A stretch of 64,000 bases of DNA from an uncultured Syntrophaceae bacterium (GCA_964484485.1 CAZAGD010000231.1:4078-68077); one strand, 5' to 3'; positions 39,389-49,586 are shown, counted from the first letter of the stretch. Made by a program: numbers and translations. The notes: generated by a model not told the origin, from the letters alone.

Positions 39389-41398
39389 TTGATGGCTAAA
39401 GAATTTAAACGCTCGGTATGCCCTTATGATTGTCCGGATACTTGTGGGCTTTTGGTAGAAGTCGAGGAAGGCAAAGCCTTAAGGGTAAAGGGGGATCCGG
39501 AACATCCTTTTACCCGGGGTTTTCTCTGCCCCAAAATGCACCATTATGAAAAGACTGTTCACTCTCCTTTACGCCTCACTTCACCTCTTCTACGCACCGG
39601 TCCCAAAGGAATGGGGCATTTTCGACCCATTTCCTGGAAAGAAGCCATTGCCTATATCGCCACGCGCTGGCAAAAAATAATTAAACAATACGGAGCCGAA
39701 GCCATCCTCCCTTATTCTTATGCCGGCACAATGGGTCTTGTTCAGCGCAACTCCGGACATCCTTTCTTTCACCGTTTAGGCGCTTCCCGTTTAGATAGGA
39801 CTATCTGCGCGCCCGCTAAAGATGCTGGCTGGAAAGCGGTCATGGGTCAGACGGCTACTCCTCACCCCGCAGAAGTAAAAGATAGTGATTTAGTTATCCT
39901 CTGGGGCATAAACGCCGTAGCTACTAATATTCATTTCTTGCCCTTAGTCAAAGAAGCTCAAAAAAAAGGTGCACGGGTCTGGCTAATCGAAACTTATAAA
40001 ACCCATACTGCGGCTCATGCCGACCAGGTCTTCCTCGTCCGCCCGGGTACCGATGGAGCTCTGGCCTTGGGCCTTATGCATCTCCTGGTAAAAGAAAACT
40101 TAATCAACCAAGAATTTCTGAATAAGCACGTCCAAGGATTCGATAAATTTAAAGAGGAAATTTTGTCCTCATTTACCCCCACCAAGGCGAGTCAGCTTAC
40201 CGGTCTTAGCGAACAAACCATCTACGCTATGGCCAGAACCTTTGGACGTTCCCGAGCCCCCTTCATCCGTTTGGGAGCTGGTCTTTCCCGTTATGGCAAT
40301 GGCGCTATGTCCACCAGGCTTATTGTCTGTCTGCCTGCTTTAGTAGGGGCCTACGAGAAAAAAGGAGGAGGGTGCTTTCCTGGAACCTTTACCGCGGAAG
40401 CTTTTCCTCTGCAGGAATTTCTGCATGAAGATTTTTTAGGCAAAAAAACCCGCCTCATCAATATGAATCAATTGGGCGAAGCTTTAAACAACTTAGCTGA
40501 TCCACCCGTCCAGAGCCTTTACGTTTATCATTCCAATCCGGCGGCCGTAGCTCCCGATCAAAATCAAGTGCTCAAAAGTCTTGGCCGGGAAGATTTATTT
40601 ACCATAGTGCACGAAAGGTTTTTGACTGATACTGCCCTTTATGCCGATCTTGTCTTACCAGCTACTTCTTCCTTAGAGCACCCTGATCTCTATCGAGCCT
40701 ACGGTTCGTATTGTATTCAACTAGCCCAGGCTATTATCCCACCTGTAGGAGAAAGTAAAGCTAATTGGGATGTTTTTTCCCTTCTGGCCGAAGCCTTGGG
40801 TTTTGCCGAACCTTTCTTTAAACAAACAAGTACAGAAGTTATTTCCTTTCTCCTTTCTTTACCCGCTCCTTTCCGCCAAGGAATAGATACAGATGCCTTA
40901 ATGGCTGGAAGACCAGTAGAAATTCCTGTTTCACCCATAGCTAAGCATACCTACCGAACGCCCTCGGGGAAAATTGAAATACTTAATCCTTCTGAAAATT
41001 ATCCTCTGCCCTGCTATTTACCTCCCTACCATGGAGAATTCCCTTTACGACTGATGACCGCACCGAGTTTATTTGCCCTCAACTCTTCCTTCCGGGAAAG
41101 AGATGAATTGCGCCAAAGGGAAAAAGGTATGTTCCTCCTCATGCATCCCCAAGATGCAGCGGCCAGAGCATTGCGAGACGAAGATCGCGTTTGGGCTTAC
41201 AACCGTTTAGGAGAAGTAAAATTTACCTTGCGCATCACGCCGCGCGTCCCTCCCGGGGTCGTGGTAGCTGAAGGAATCTGGTGGCTGGCTCATTGCCCCG
41301 GTCCACGCTCGGTAAACGCCCTTACTTCGTCAAGGTTAACTGATCAGGGCAGGGGGAGTACTTTCTACGATAATACGGTGGAAGTCCGGCTAGCGTAG
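39389..41398 (+). CDS. Molybdopterin (bis-MGD) oxidoreductase, MopB superfamily, with N-terminal 4Fe-4S Cys cluster
   Basis: CPYDCPDTCGLLVEV...GFLCPKM Cys motif, molybdopterin-binding regions and C-terminal MopB_CT. Confidence 0.85.
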   Translation: MMAKEFKRSVCPYDCPDTCGLLVEVEEGKALRVKGDPEHPFTRGFLCPKMHHYEKTVHSPLRLTSPLLRTGPKGMGHFRPISWKEAIAYIATRWQKIIKQYGAEAILPYSYAGTMGLVQRNSGHPFFHRLGASRLDRTICAPAKDAGWKAVMGQTATPHPAEVKDSDLVILWGINAVATNIHFLPLVKEAQKKGARVWLIETYKTHTAAHADQVFLVRPGTDGALALGLMHLLVKENLINQEFLNKHVQGFDKFKEEILSSFTPTKASQLTGLSEQTIYAMARTFGRSRAPFIRLGAGLSRYGNGAMSTRLIVCLPALVGAYEKKGGGCFPGTFTAEAFPLQEFLHEDFLGKKTRLINMNQLGEALNNLADPPVQSLYVYHSNPAAVAPDQNQVLKSLGREDLFTIVHERFLTDTALYADLVLPATSSLEHPDLYRAYGSYCIQLAQAIIPPVGESKANWDVFSLLAEALGFAEPFFKQTSTEVISFLLSLPAPFRQGIDTDALMAGRPVEIPVSPIAKHTYRTPSGKIEILNPSENYPLPCYLPPYHGEFPLRLMTAPSLFALNSSFRERDELRQREKGMFLLMHPQDAAARALRDEDRVWAYNRLGEVKFTLRITPRVPPGVVVAEGIWWLAHCPGPRSVNALTSSRLTDQGRGSTFYDNTVEVRLA

Positions 41399-41401
41399 GT
41401 T

Positions 41402-43513
41402 TTAATTACCTTTACCCACGGAAGTGACCCCTACTAAATTGAGCATTACCATGGCCTTCCGCTCGGCCGGTTGGCCAGCAAGGGCAGGCTTTTCTGAATA
41501 AGAAATATCTACGCTCCAACATTGATGACGATAGTGGAGGCGATAAATTGTCTCGATAGTTTGCTGGTCAAGAAAAGAATGCTTGATCTCATAGCCGAAA
41601 TCTAAAGACGGCGAAAGCTTGATCTGTAAATGGCCATTGAGCTGATTTTGACTGCCTTCGGCCCAGGCGTATTCCAGGAGAAGTTGATCTCCCCGGGCGT
41701 CATAAAAGCGGGCGTTAGTAAAAGAAGTTAAAAACCGTTGCTCATGGGGGTCATAAGTGGAGTTATTTTCTAAGGAAAAGTATTTCAGAGGGCTTATCTT
41801 AATTTGCCCATTTAAGGCGCCAAAGGGCTTGCGGGAAGGTGTTTCCGGAGTAACTTCCCTGCTGGCCTCATGAAAATCATACGACTGACTCAGCCGCAAA
41901 TAAAGTAATTCATGAAATCTGGGCCCGCTTTTTTCCGTGGTTATTTTACCGATTAGGCGCTGGGCAAGGCCATAGCTAAGTCTGCTAACCTTAAGCAGAG
42001 GAAGATCGTAGTTAGGAACTTTCTCTTGGCTAACTTCCGGAAGATAAGTATAGTTTATCTCCGGACGCAGAATATGTTTGATTTTAGCCAGGCTGGCCCA
42101 AGGAGAGTCAAACAGGCGGTAAAGCTCAGTAGCTACGGTCGCTTGCAGAACAGGTAGACCTCGGCTGAAGGTCTCTTCTCCGCCATTCCGGCTAAGGTAG
42201 AGAGTCTGCCGATATCCTACATCAGGAGTTAATTCCACCGGCCCTAAGCGTAATGGTAGGGAAAGGCGCGGAAATAAATCTAAGAGGTGGCCGGTTACTC
42301 CTTCTTCTCGCCAAAAATATCCATAAGCCGAATCTATGCTGTAATAAAAAGGGGACTTCCCAATTTGCTGCCGCATTCCTTTAAATTCCAGCCAAGGATA
42401 TCTTTGCAGGGTAGTTTTATTTTCTTTAGTCAAATCCACCGTATGGCGCACTTCTCCGAATAAAGCAAAACTTTCCCAATTCTTGGTAAGCAAAATTTGG
42501 GAATAAGCCTGTTCGCTAAAGCGGTCTTCGGCCGTTACTCCATAATCCCTTAAGTATTGACGATCGCTGAAATGGCGGAGTTTCGCTTTGATATAAAAGG
42601 AAGGGTCAAAATATTCTTCATGCTGAAATTCAGCGTACCACCGGTCGGCAGTACGGTCTAACTGTTCCGAGCGTTTCTGCCGATAAGCCTCCCCCTCTCT
42701 AATGTGGTATCCATAAAATCTGCCCCCACTTTCTTGGCGCCTTTGATAGCGGAACTCTAACCCCTCGCCTACACCTCTAACGGAAGCTAAATCAAGATAA
42801 AAAGTAGCATCCATATTTTTGGTTATAGCCCAGAAATAAGCATTACTCAGCTCCCATCCCGAAATATCCGAATAAGTAATCCGCGGGATCAAAAAGCCGG
42901 ATTGGCGCTCGGTTTTTACTGGAAAAAATAGATAAGGAGAGTAAAGCACAGGAACATTTTTTATTTGAAATGTAGCTCCCCATACGGAAGCATATTCTTC
43001 CAAAGTAACCAAAGTTTCTTTAGCCTGGAAGCGCCAGGCCGGCCAATCCCCATCGCAAGTAGTAAAACTGCCTTCGCGAATTCGGTAGGTGTCTTCTCCT
43101 ACCCTTTCAATTTCTTCGCCGCGCAGATAAAAATTCTGCTTTTTTAAAAAGAGAGCCCCTTTAATAATTATACCCAAATTCGTTTCCAAGTTTATGATCA
43201 TCCTTTCACTTCTTAAAACATCATCGCCTTGCCATAGGATTACATTACCCTGCGCCTCAACTTCATGGGAGCGTCCAGACAACACTACCCGATCGGCAGT
43301 TAATTTTGTATCTCCCTGCCAAATTTCTACTCGGCCTTCGGCGGTATAAACATTGGTATTATGATCGTAGGAAATATGGTCAGCTTTTAAACGAATTGGT
43401 TCACCCAGAAACTGCTTCTCTTTTCCGGAGGCCAACTGAGCAGCTGCTTTCGGTAATATCAAAAAAAAGAAGATAACTAGCGCCGAGAAAATAAATAACC
43501 AGCGTTGGCTCAA
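41402..43513 (-). CDS. lptD: LPS-assembly protein LptD (OstA family)
   Basis: Signal peptide, OstA N-domain (HISYDHNTNVYTAEGRVEIWQGD), large beta-barrel C-region; indicates an outer membrane. Confidence 0.85.
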   Translation of the reverse strand: MSQRWLFIFSALVIFFFLILPKAAAQLASGKEKQFLGEPIRLKADHISYDHNTNVYTAEGRVEIWQGDTKLTADRVVLSGRSHEVEAQGNVILWQGDDVLRSERMIINLETNLGIIIKGALFLKKQNFYLRGEEIERVGEDTYRIREGSFTTCDGDWPAWRFQAKETLVTLEEYASVWGATFQIKNVPVLYSPYLFFPVKTERQSGFLIPRITYSDISGWELSNAYFWAITKNMDATFYLDLASVRGVGEGLEFRYQRRQESGGRFYGYHIREGEAYRQKRSEQLDRTADRWYAEFQHEEYFDPSFYIKAKLRHFSDRQYLRDYGVTAEDRFSEQAYSQILLTKNWESFALFGEVRHTVDLTKENKTTLQRYPWLEFKGMRQQIGKSPFYYSIDSAYGYFWREEGVTGHLLDLFPRLSLPLRLGPVELTPDVGYRQTLYLSRNGGEETFSRGLPVLQATVATELYRLFDSPWASLAKIKHILRPEINYTYLPEVSQEKVPNYDLPLLKVSRLSYGLAQRLIGKITTEKSGPRFHELLYLRLSQSYDFHEASREVTPETPSRKPFGALNGQIKISPLKYFSLENNSTYDPHEQRFLTSFTNARFYDARGDQLLLEYAWAEGSQNQLNGHLQIKLSPSLDFGYEIKHSFLDQQTIETIYRLHYRHQCWSVDISYSEKPALAGQPAERKAMVMLNLVGVTSVGKGN

Positions 43514-44874
43514 GATTCAATCAAACCTTTCTGTATTAAATGCGCTCTGGCTTCCCCAACGGTAAAGAGGGAACCGGAAACAACAATAAGATCTTTTTCT
43601 TCCGCGATAGCTAAGGCTCCTTCTAAGGCTTCGGCCACATCGGGAATTTCGAGCATTTTCTTGTGAAAAATGGCCGCTTCTTTTTTCAAGACTTCCAGTG
43701 GGGCGGAGCGTTCTAATTTGGGCTTAGTCAAAATCAAAAGGTCGGCCAAGGGCACTAGGTTAGCCATCATTTGCCGAATATCTTTATCCCCCATGATTCC
43801 TAAAACTAAAATAAGTCGTTGCCGGGGAAATTCTTCTAGCAAAGCTTTCTTTAAAACCTTAGTAGCGCCTGGATTATGGGCCCCATCTAAAAGGATGCGC
43901 GGCTTCTCCCCGATTAATTCCAACCTTCCTGGCCATTTTACTTGCCTGACTCCTTTTCTTATATGTTCTTCAGCCAGGGAGTACCCCAGTTCACTCAAAG
44001 CTTCCGCCGCGACTAAGGCTAAAGAGGCATTTACTATTTGATGAGTTCCTAATAAGCCCAAAGTTAAATTGGGCCAGAAATTTTTTCTACCTCGAAAGTC
44101 GATTACGCCGGGGCCACGTCTTCTGGCCTGAAAATCTTTGCGCCAAATATAAAAGGGCGAATTTAGCTCCGCACACCGCTGCCGCAAAACTTCTAAGACC
44201 TTGGGCTGATGAGCCGAAGTAAAAACTGGCCGTTGTGGCTTGATAATACCCGCTTTTTCCCAGGCAATTTGGCGCAGAGTACGGCCCAAATATTGCTTAT
44301 GTTCTAAGGAGATTGGCGTTATTAAAGAAATTAAAGGGTCGATCACATTAGTAGCATCTAATCTGCCTCCCAAGCCAGTTTCAATAACCGCTATATCTAC
44401 TCCTTTTTCGCGGAAATATAAGAAAGCCATGGCCGTGGTAAATTCAAAGAAGGTTATATAAGCTTTCTCTAAGTCCACCTCTTTGGCTAAAGGCCCCTGA
44501 TCAGAGGTAAAATCTATTTCCCCCCGGCTGATCAGCTTATCCACGGTCCCCCTGATATGTTTAGTCAACTCTACGACTCGGGAGACGGGAATAGATTGTC
44601 CATTTACTTGAATCCGTTCGGTAAAATCTATTAAGTGGGGAGAAGTATAAAGGCCCACTCGCCACCCTCCTTGCTGCAAAATAGAGGTCAAAAAGGCGGC
44701 CGTAGACCCCTTGCCATTAGAACCAGCTATATGCACTGCCGGCAGGCCAGAGTGGGGGTTACCCAATTCTCGGAGTAAAATACTGATGTTGGTTAAGCCT
44801 AATTTAATCCCAAAACGTTGCAGGCCAAAAAGATAATTTAAAGTCTCCTGGTAAGATATTCTATTGGTCGGCAT
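43510..44874 (-). CDS. folC: Bifunctional folylpolyglutamate synthase/dihydrofolate synthase
   Basis: Mur-ligase P-loop VHIAGSNGKGST and overall FolC similarity. Confidence 0.85.
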   Translation of the reverse strand: MPTNRISYQETLNYLFGLQRFGIKLGLTNISILLRELGNPHSGLPAVHIAGSNGKGSTAAFLTSILQQGGWRVGLYTSPHLIDFTERIQVNGQSIPVSRVVELTKHIRGTVDKLISRGEIDFTSDQGPLAKEVDLEKAYITFFEFTTAMAFLYFREKGVDIAVIETGLGGRLDATNVIDPLISLITPISLEHKQYLGRTLRQIAWEKAGIIKPQRPVFTSAHQPKVLEVLRQRCAELNSPFYIWRKDFQARRRGPGVIDFRGRKNFWPNLTLGLLGTHQIVNASLALVAAEALSELGYSLAEEHIRKGVRQVKWPGRLELIGEKPRILLDGAHNPGATKVLKKALLEEFPRQRLILVLGIMGDKDIRQMMANLVPLADLLILTKPKLERSAPLEVLKKEAAIFHKKMLEIPDVAEALEGALAIAEEKDLIVVSGSLFTVGEARAHLIQKGLIES

Positions 44875-44879
44875 ATAAA

Positions 44880-45674
44880 TTACTTCTTTAGGAGTAAGGA
44901 GAGAAGCTTAGCCAAAACTTCTCTCATCTGCCTCCTTTCCACAATTAAATCGATCATTCCGCGGGCAAATAAATACTCGGCCCTTTGGAAGCCTTCGGGT
45001 AGCTTTTGCTTAATAGTTTGTTCGATGACTCTTTGGCCGGCGAAGCCGATGATAGCTTTCGGCTCGGCCAAGATAATGTCGCCTAACATAGCAAAACTCG
45101 CCGATACTCCTCCGGTGGTGGGGTCGGTCAAGACCGAAATATAAGGTAATCCCTTTTCTTTTAACCGGGCAATAGCAGCACTGGTCTTAGCCATCTGCAT
45201 CAGCGAAATTATTCCTTCTTGCATGCGGGCACCTCCCGAAGCACAAAATATAATGACCCCGACAGCTTCAGCCAAGGCCGCTTCTATAAGCCGGACAATC
45301 TTTTCGCCGACTACTGAACCCATAGAGCCGCCCATGAATTCGAAGTCCATTACGCCGATCATCACGGATTGACCCATAATCTTACCCTTCCCCGTAATAA
45401 TAGCTTCGGCAGTCCCCGTTTTTAGGCGAGACTCAGCTATACGTTCCTCATAACGCAGCCGATCTTTAAACTGCAAAGGGTCTCCAGGCCTTAAATCCGC
45501 ATTTAGCTCAATAAAACTTCCTTCATCTAAGAGCATGGCTAAACGTTCGCGCGGCGGAAGGCGAAAATGATAATGACACTTGGGGCAAACGTGCAGGTTG
45601 CGCTCTACTTCTTTTCGGTAGAGAATTTCTCGACAGGCTTGACATTGGAGCCACTGCTGATCGAATACTTCCAT
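44880..45674 (-). CDS. accD: Acetyl-CoA carboxylase carboxyltransferase beta subunit
   Basis: N-terminal Zn-ribbon CQACREILY...CPKCHYHF and carboxyltransferase domain. Confidence 0.9.
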   Translation of the reverse strand: MEVFDQQWLQCQACREILYRKEVERNLHVCPKCHYHFRLPPRERLAMLLDEGSFIELNADLRPGDPLQFKDRLRYEERIAESRLKTGTAEAIITGKGKIMGQSVMIGVMDFEFMGGSMGSVVGEKIVRLIEAALAEAVGVIIFCASGGARMQEGIISLMQMAKTSAAIARLKEKGLPYISVLTDPTTGGVSASFAMLGDIILAEPKAIIGFAGQRVIEQTIKQKLPEGFQRAEYLFARGMIDLIVERRQMREVLAKLLSLLLKK

Positions 45675-45676
45675 AA

Positions 45677-46447
45677 TCAGAAATAATAACGCGCCCCCTG
45701 GCGCAATAAAGAAATCCGCGGATAGGGTATTCTTTTTATTTCTTTCCGCAATAGGGGCAGATATTGAGGTTTCATATGAGCCAATAATATGGTCAAATCT
45801 GTACGATTAAGTTTAAGTAACTCCTCTTTGAGCAAACGGGGCGTCAAATGACCACTTTTTTGCGCCACCTCGCTTAATTTATTAGGAAAGGAGGTTTCGA
45901 TTAATAAAGCTTGCAATTCTGGCCGTTGGTTGGCCACTTCCCATATTTGGTCACTCGGCCCCGTATCTCCAGTATAAATAATGGCGGTATTCCCTTGCTT
46001 TATAAAATACCCCACCGCCGGCACCGGATGATTAACTGGGATGGCTCTAATTAAATAATTGCCTAAAGCTACATCAACTTCTGGCTGAATTTCTACGAAT
46101 TTAAGGATTGGCCATTCCGTAGTTGGCAGGGCTGAAAAGTCCGGCCAAAGGGCATCGTTGAAAAGATGGGTTTTGATCAAACCTATGACCGGCGCCGTAC
46201 TGATAATATGTACAGGTCGCCGAAAGCTTTTTTCTTTGATTAGGTTGGCGGCCAAAAAAGGTATGTCTTTAATATGATCCAGGTGCGTATGGGTAACCAA
46301 AATATAATGAATTTTTTTTTGCTCACTTAAATTAAGCACTGGCGTGATTGCTCCTGCATCCAGTAATAGTCTTTCATCAATTTTCAAACAACAATGTCTG
46401 AATCCAGGAAGCTCTCCGCCGAAACAACCTAAAACTCTAATTTCCAT
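45677..46447 (-). CDS. MBL-fold metallo-hydrolase (class II 3',5'-cyclic-nucleotide phosphodiesterase-like)
   Basis: HTHLDHIKD motif; 256 aa. Confidence 0.75.
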   Translation of the reverse strand: MEIRVLGCFGGELPGFRHCCLKIDERLLLDAGAITPVLNLSEQKKIHYILVTHTHLDHIKDIPFLAANLIKEKSFRRPVHIISTAPVIGLIKTHLFNDALWPDFSALPTTEWPILKFVEIQPEVDVALGNYLIRAIPVNHPVPAVGYFIKQGNTAIIYTGDTGPSDQIWEVANQRPELQALLIETSFPNKLSEVAQKSGHLTPRLLKEELLKLNRTDLTILLAHMKPQYLPLLRKEIKRIPYPRISLLRQGARYYF

Positions 46448-46667
46448 TTATGCTCCTTTTATTAAAGGAAAAGCGTTAAAATCAGCCTCCCCATCCCCTA
46501 TATTTAATAAAGATTTTTTCATACCATAAGACTGATAAAGTTAGCAAGCTGATTCTATGAAAGAATCCGCGTCTTATCTTAATGAGCATTTTCACCTCCC
46601 GGCGGTATTAGACATGAAAATCAAAAGTGATTGACGGTCAGGATTTTTATATTATTGCGAAATCAAA

Positions 46668-46697
46668 GAATAAGCCATGGTGGGAACCATGGCTTAT
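46668..46697 (-). terminator. Perfect 12-bp hairpin (AATAAGCCATGG-tgggaa-CCATGGCTTATT) 22 nt downstream of the ecfA paralog stop
   Basis: Perfect palindrome with 6-nt loop followed on the minus strand by a T-rich stretch. Confidence 0.5.
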
Positions 46698-46719
46698 TCA
46701 AGTGAATTAAGAAATCATC

Positions 46720-47604
46720 TCAATTATTTTTATTTTTCCCCTTTGATCCCTGTACTTTCGCGCGATAAAAATCTATAATTTCTTCATTCCGCCATTTTCT
46801 GGCCGGAAATGGTACTCCCTTATCTTGCAGTTCTAAACTTAATTGATAAAGAGGAGGAATTAAAAAAGTAAATTTTTGATTTAGCCAAAGATGACTAAAA
46901 ACCTCACCCGGAGTACCTACCGTCAATATTTGACCTTGGTCTAAAACGATTATTCTATCCACTAAATCTAAAATCTCCTCCACTTCATGGGCAATTATAA
47001 TCACCGTTTTGCCCTCATTATGGAAAGTTTTAATCCACGCCAGAATTTCTTTTTTCCCCTGGGCATCTAAACCCACGGTGGGTTCGTCTAAAATTAATAC
47101 CTGGGGGTTTTGGACCAATATTCCTGCTAAGGCCGCTCGCCGCATTTCTCCTCGACTGAGTTCCCAAGGCGATCTGTTCCAGAAATTTTCGTCTTCTAAC
47201 CCCACTAAAGCGCAGGCCACCTTTACTTTTTCTTTTATGGCGGAGGGGGATAATTCTTTATGGCGGGTCAAAGCGAAAGAAACATCTTCAAAAACATTTT
47301 TCCCAAAAAGCTGGTGTTCAGGATACTGAAAGAGGAGGCCAACTCTTTTCCTTATTTCCTTCAATTCTTGGGGTGTATAATGCAGCTCTCTCCCCGCTAT
47401 ATAAATTTTTCCCTTGGAGGGTCTCAAAAGACCATTAAAATGTAGGGCTAAAGTAGTCTTTCCCGAGCCATTTCCCCCCACAATCCCTACACATTCTCTT
47501 TCATTAATATTTAAGGAAATGTCCCGCAGAGCATCCTTGGCGAAGGAAGTTCCCCGGTTATAAGTATAAGAAATTCTTTCCAGACAAATGAGCGGTTGAC
47601 TGAT
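46720..47604 (-). CDS. ecfA2: ECF transporter energy-coupling ATPase (EcfA paralog); homology-supported N-terminus lacks a canonical start codon
   Basis: Walker A GGNGSGKTT, LSRGEMRRAALAGIL signature, Walker B ILILDEPTVGLD. Conserved N-terminal region (ISYTYNRGTSFAKDALRDISLNINERECVGIVG) reads through 47482-47604 in frame with no ATG/GTG/TTG; only ATC 47602-47604 (5 nt after SD AAGGGGGAG), ATT 47587-47589 or CTG 47581-47583 are available; the ORF-table entry starts at internal GTG 47481. Confidence 0.7.
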   Translation of the reverse strand: MSQPLICLERISYTYNRGTSFAKDALRDISLNINERECVGIVGGNGSGKTTLALHFNGLLRPSKGKIYIAGRELHYTPQELKEIRKRVGLLFQYPEHQLFGKNVFEDVSFALTRHKELSPSAIKEKVKVACALVGLEDENFWNRSPWELSRGEMRRAALAGILVQNPQVLILDEPTVGLDAQGKKEILAWIKTFHNEGKTVIIIAHEVEEILDLVDRIIVLDQGQILTVGTPGEVFSHLWLNQKFTFLIPPLYQLSLELQDKGVPFPARKWRNEEIIDFYRAKVQGSKGKNKNN

Positions 47605-47616
47605 GAAATCTCCCCC

Positions 47617-47874
47617 TTACTCCACTATTTTCCAGACAATATCTTTCTCGCGCACTCGGTCCTTAACTTTAATGCCTACTAATTGCCCGGGAGCAGCTTT
47701 TTCTACGGGCTTATTATCAATCTCTATGGAGATTACTTGATCCTCAAAGTCCGTAGTATGGCCTTTGATCTTGATGTGATCACCCACGCGCAGCTCACCT
47801 TCTAAAATCTTAACGGCGGCAACACTTGGCTTGGCAAAAAATTTTACTACTTCCCCAATCTTCTGCTCAGGCAT
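47617..47874 (-). CDS. Small EF-Tu domain-2-like beta-barrel protein (85 aa)
   Basis: Sequence resembles the translation-factor beta-barrel (GELRVGDHIKIKGHTTDFEDQVISIEIDNKPVEKAAPGQLVGIKV); SD GGGGGAGAAAGGAG upstream. Confidence 0.6.
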   Translation of the reverse strand: MPEQKIGEVVKFFAKPSVAAVKILEGELRVGDHIKIKGHTTDFEDQVISIEIDNKPVEKAAPGQLVGIKVKDRVREKDIVWKIVE

Positions 47875-48369
47875 CTTAGTCTCCTTTCTCCCCCAGGATT
47901 AAAATCTTATGGAAAATTATATGCTTACCAAAAGACTCATGTCAAGCCAAAAGCATGTTTACCGTCGATCAGTTTTAATATTTTTCGCCAGAAGGAAACA
48001 GGCGGGAGGGGGAGAGGCGAAATTAAAATCGGCCGGGAATTGCTTATTTCCTTCTTACCCACCCTTTATCCGCCATAAACGGCGGGGATAAACTTGTTTT
48101 GAAAATAAACACCCGAATAATAATCCCTATTTTAAAGTAGAGACTTTTTTATTCCCCGCCCGTCCCAATGAAAGAGCCAGTGCCTCATTTTAATGAGCCT
48201 CTCTCCCTCCCGCCCGAAACAGTTACGAATTTAAAAAGTGATCAACGGTCAAAAAAGCATGCGACCGCCGCTTGCTTTTTAAATTCCAGCTTAATTCAGG
48301 CCGGAGGGAAAGCGGCTCATGAAAATTAGGCACATATTCTTTTTCTTTCACAGGTACAGGCGGGGAGAT

Positions 48370-48460
48370 AGGCCTCTTTTTTTAAAGAAGGGCTTACCCA
48401 CCGAAAAATATCTCCTCATTCAATGTAGCGTAAGGGCTTGTCCCTTACCTTAATTGCAGC
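48370..48460. repeat. Degenerate inverted partial copy of the roughly 225 bp repeat family
   Basis: Reverse complement of 48416-48444 (AATTAAGGTAAGGGACAAGCCCTTACGCTAC) matches the core AATTGCGGCAAGGGACAAGCCCTTGCCCTAC of copy 2; flanking TGAG..GAGATATTTTTCGGTGGGTAAGCCCTT also similar. Confidence 0.55.
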
Positions 48461-48701
48461 AACTCATAAAGAAGATTCAACTTCCAAATTTATTTAAGAA
48501 GACTTTTTTAAAGATCCCCGCATCCTTGCCCACCTTCAATTTTTTTAAAAAAAGTAATGGTTTTGAAAGAATAATCATAAAAATTTCCTTGGAAGGCGCA
48601 AAGGTGAAAGTAAGACCATCAAAATTTATCCAAAAATGAAGGAGGGCAAGAAAAGGTTTCTAAGGCCTTAGGCCATGAATTGATTAAAAAATGATCGACA
48701 A

Positions 48702-49538
48702 TCAAGTAAAAGGCTGGCCAGAAAAGACCTCAATAAGGAATTTTTGGGCCTCTGCTGGTGAATGTAAACAGGAAGGAATATTCCACCCCTCTTCTCCTAA
48801 TATGCGGAGCACCTCCCAAAGGGGGGGATAAGTCAATTTTAAGGAATTATTCACAAAGGTCTTATGCCAAAAATCTTCCCACGGCCCATAAAATAAAACT
48901 TGCCCCTTATCCAAGTAAATAAAATCTTGCGCCCGAAGAGCGGCGGAGAACGAGTGGGTAATGTGCAAGATGGTTTTCCTTTCTTGACCATGAATTTGGG
49001 CGAGCAATTTTAGAATCTCTTCCTGATCTTGCAGATCGAGCATAGATGTAGGTTCGTCTAAAATGAGGATTTCACAATCCATAGCTAAGATCCCAGCTAG
49101 AACAACTTTTTGCTGTTGACCACCGGAAAGTTGATGGGGAGCTGCGCAGCGATAATTTTGCATACCCACGATGGCTAAGCCCTTTTCTACCCGTTCCACA
49201 ATGGTCTTTCGATCTAAGCCCATATTTTCCAAACCAAAAGCCACATCTTCCTCTACTACCGCGCAGACAATTTGATTTTCAGGATTAGAAAAAATATACC
49301 CCACTTGCGGCAAAACTTCCCCCGGGAGCAAAGGTTCTCCAGCAATCCGAATCGAACCCTCCTTAGGAGAAATTAGTCCTTTAATAAGTTTCCCCAAGGT
49401 AGTCTTTCCTGATCCATTAGGGCCCATTAGGGAGACATACCGACCCCGGGGAATAAATAAATTAAATTTATTAAAAACAGGGATTTCCGTCCCCGAACGG
49501 GACGGGTAGGAAAAGGTGAGCTCATTAATCTCTATCAT
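48702..49538 (-). CDS. ecfA1: ECF transporter energy-coupling ATPase
   Basis: MIEINELTFSYP N-terminus, Walker A GPNGSGKTT, LSGGQQQKVVLAGILA, Walker B ILILDEPTSMLD; positioned right after rplQ as in Firmicutes. Confidence 0.85.
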   Translation of the reverse strand: MIEINELTFSYPSRSGTEIPVFNKFNLFIPRGRYVSLMGPNGSGKTTLGKLIKGLISPKEGSIRIAGEPLLPGEVLPQVGYIFSNPENQIVCAVVEEDVAFGLENMGLDRKTIVERVEKGLAIVGMQNYRCAAPHQLSGGQQQKVVLAGILAMDCEILILDEPTSMLDLQDQEEILKLLAQIHGQERKTILHITHSFSAALRAQDFIYLDKGQVLFYGPWEDFWHKTFVNNSLKLTYPPLWEVLRILGEEGWNIPSCLHSPAEAQKFLIEVFSGQPFT

Positions 49539-49586
49539 TTGGAGCTCAAAGACTTAGCCGAGAAATTTTTCCTTGCCTAAATATTT

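Noticed and set aside
48454-48639. ORF 48454-48639 (+) in the ecfA spacer
   Set aside because: No SD, Lys/Phe-rich translation, and lies in an AT-rich repeat region. Probably non-coding.
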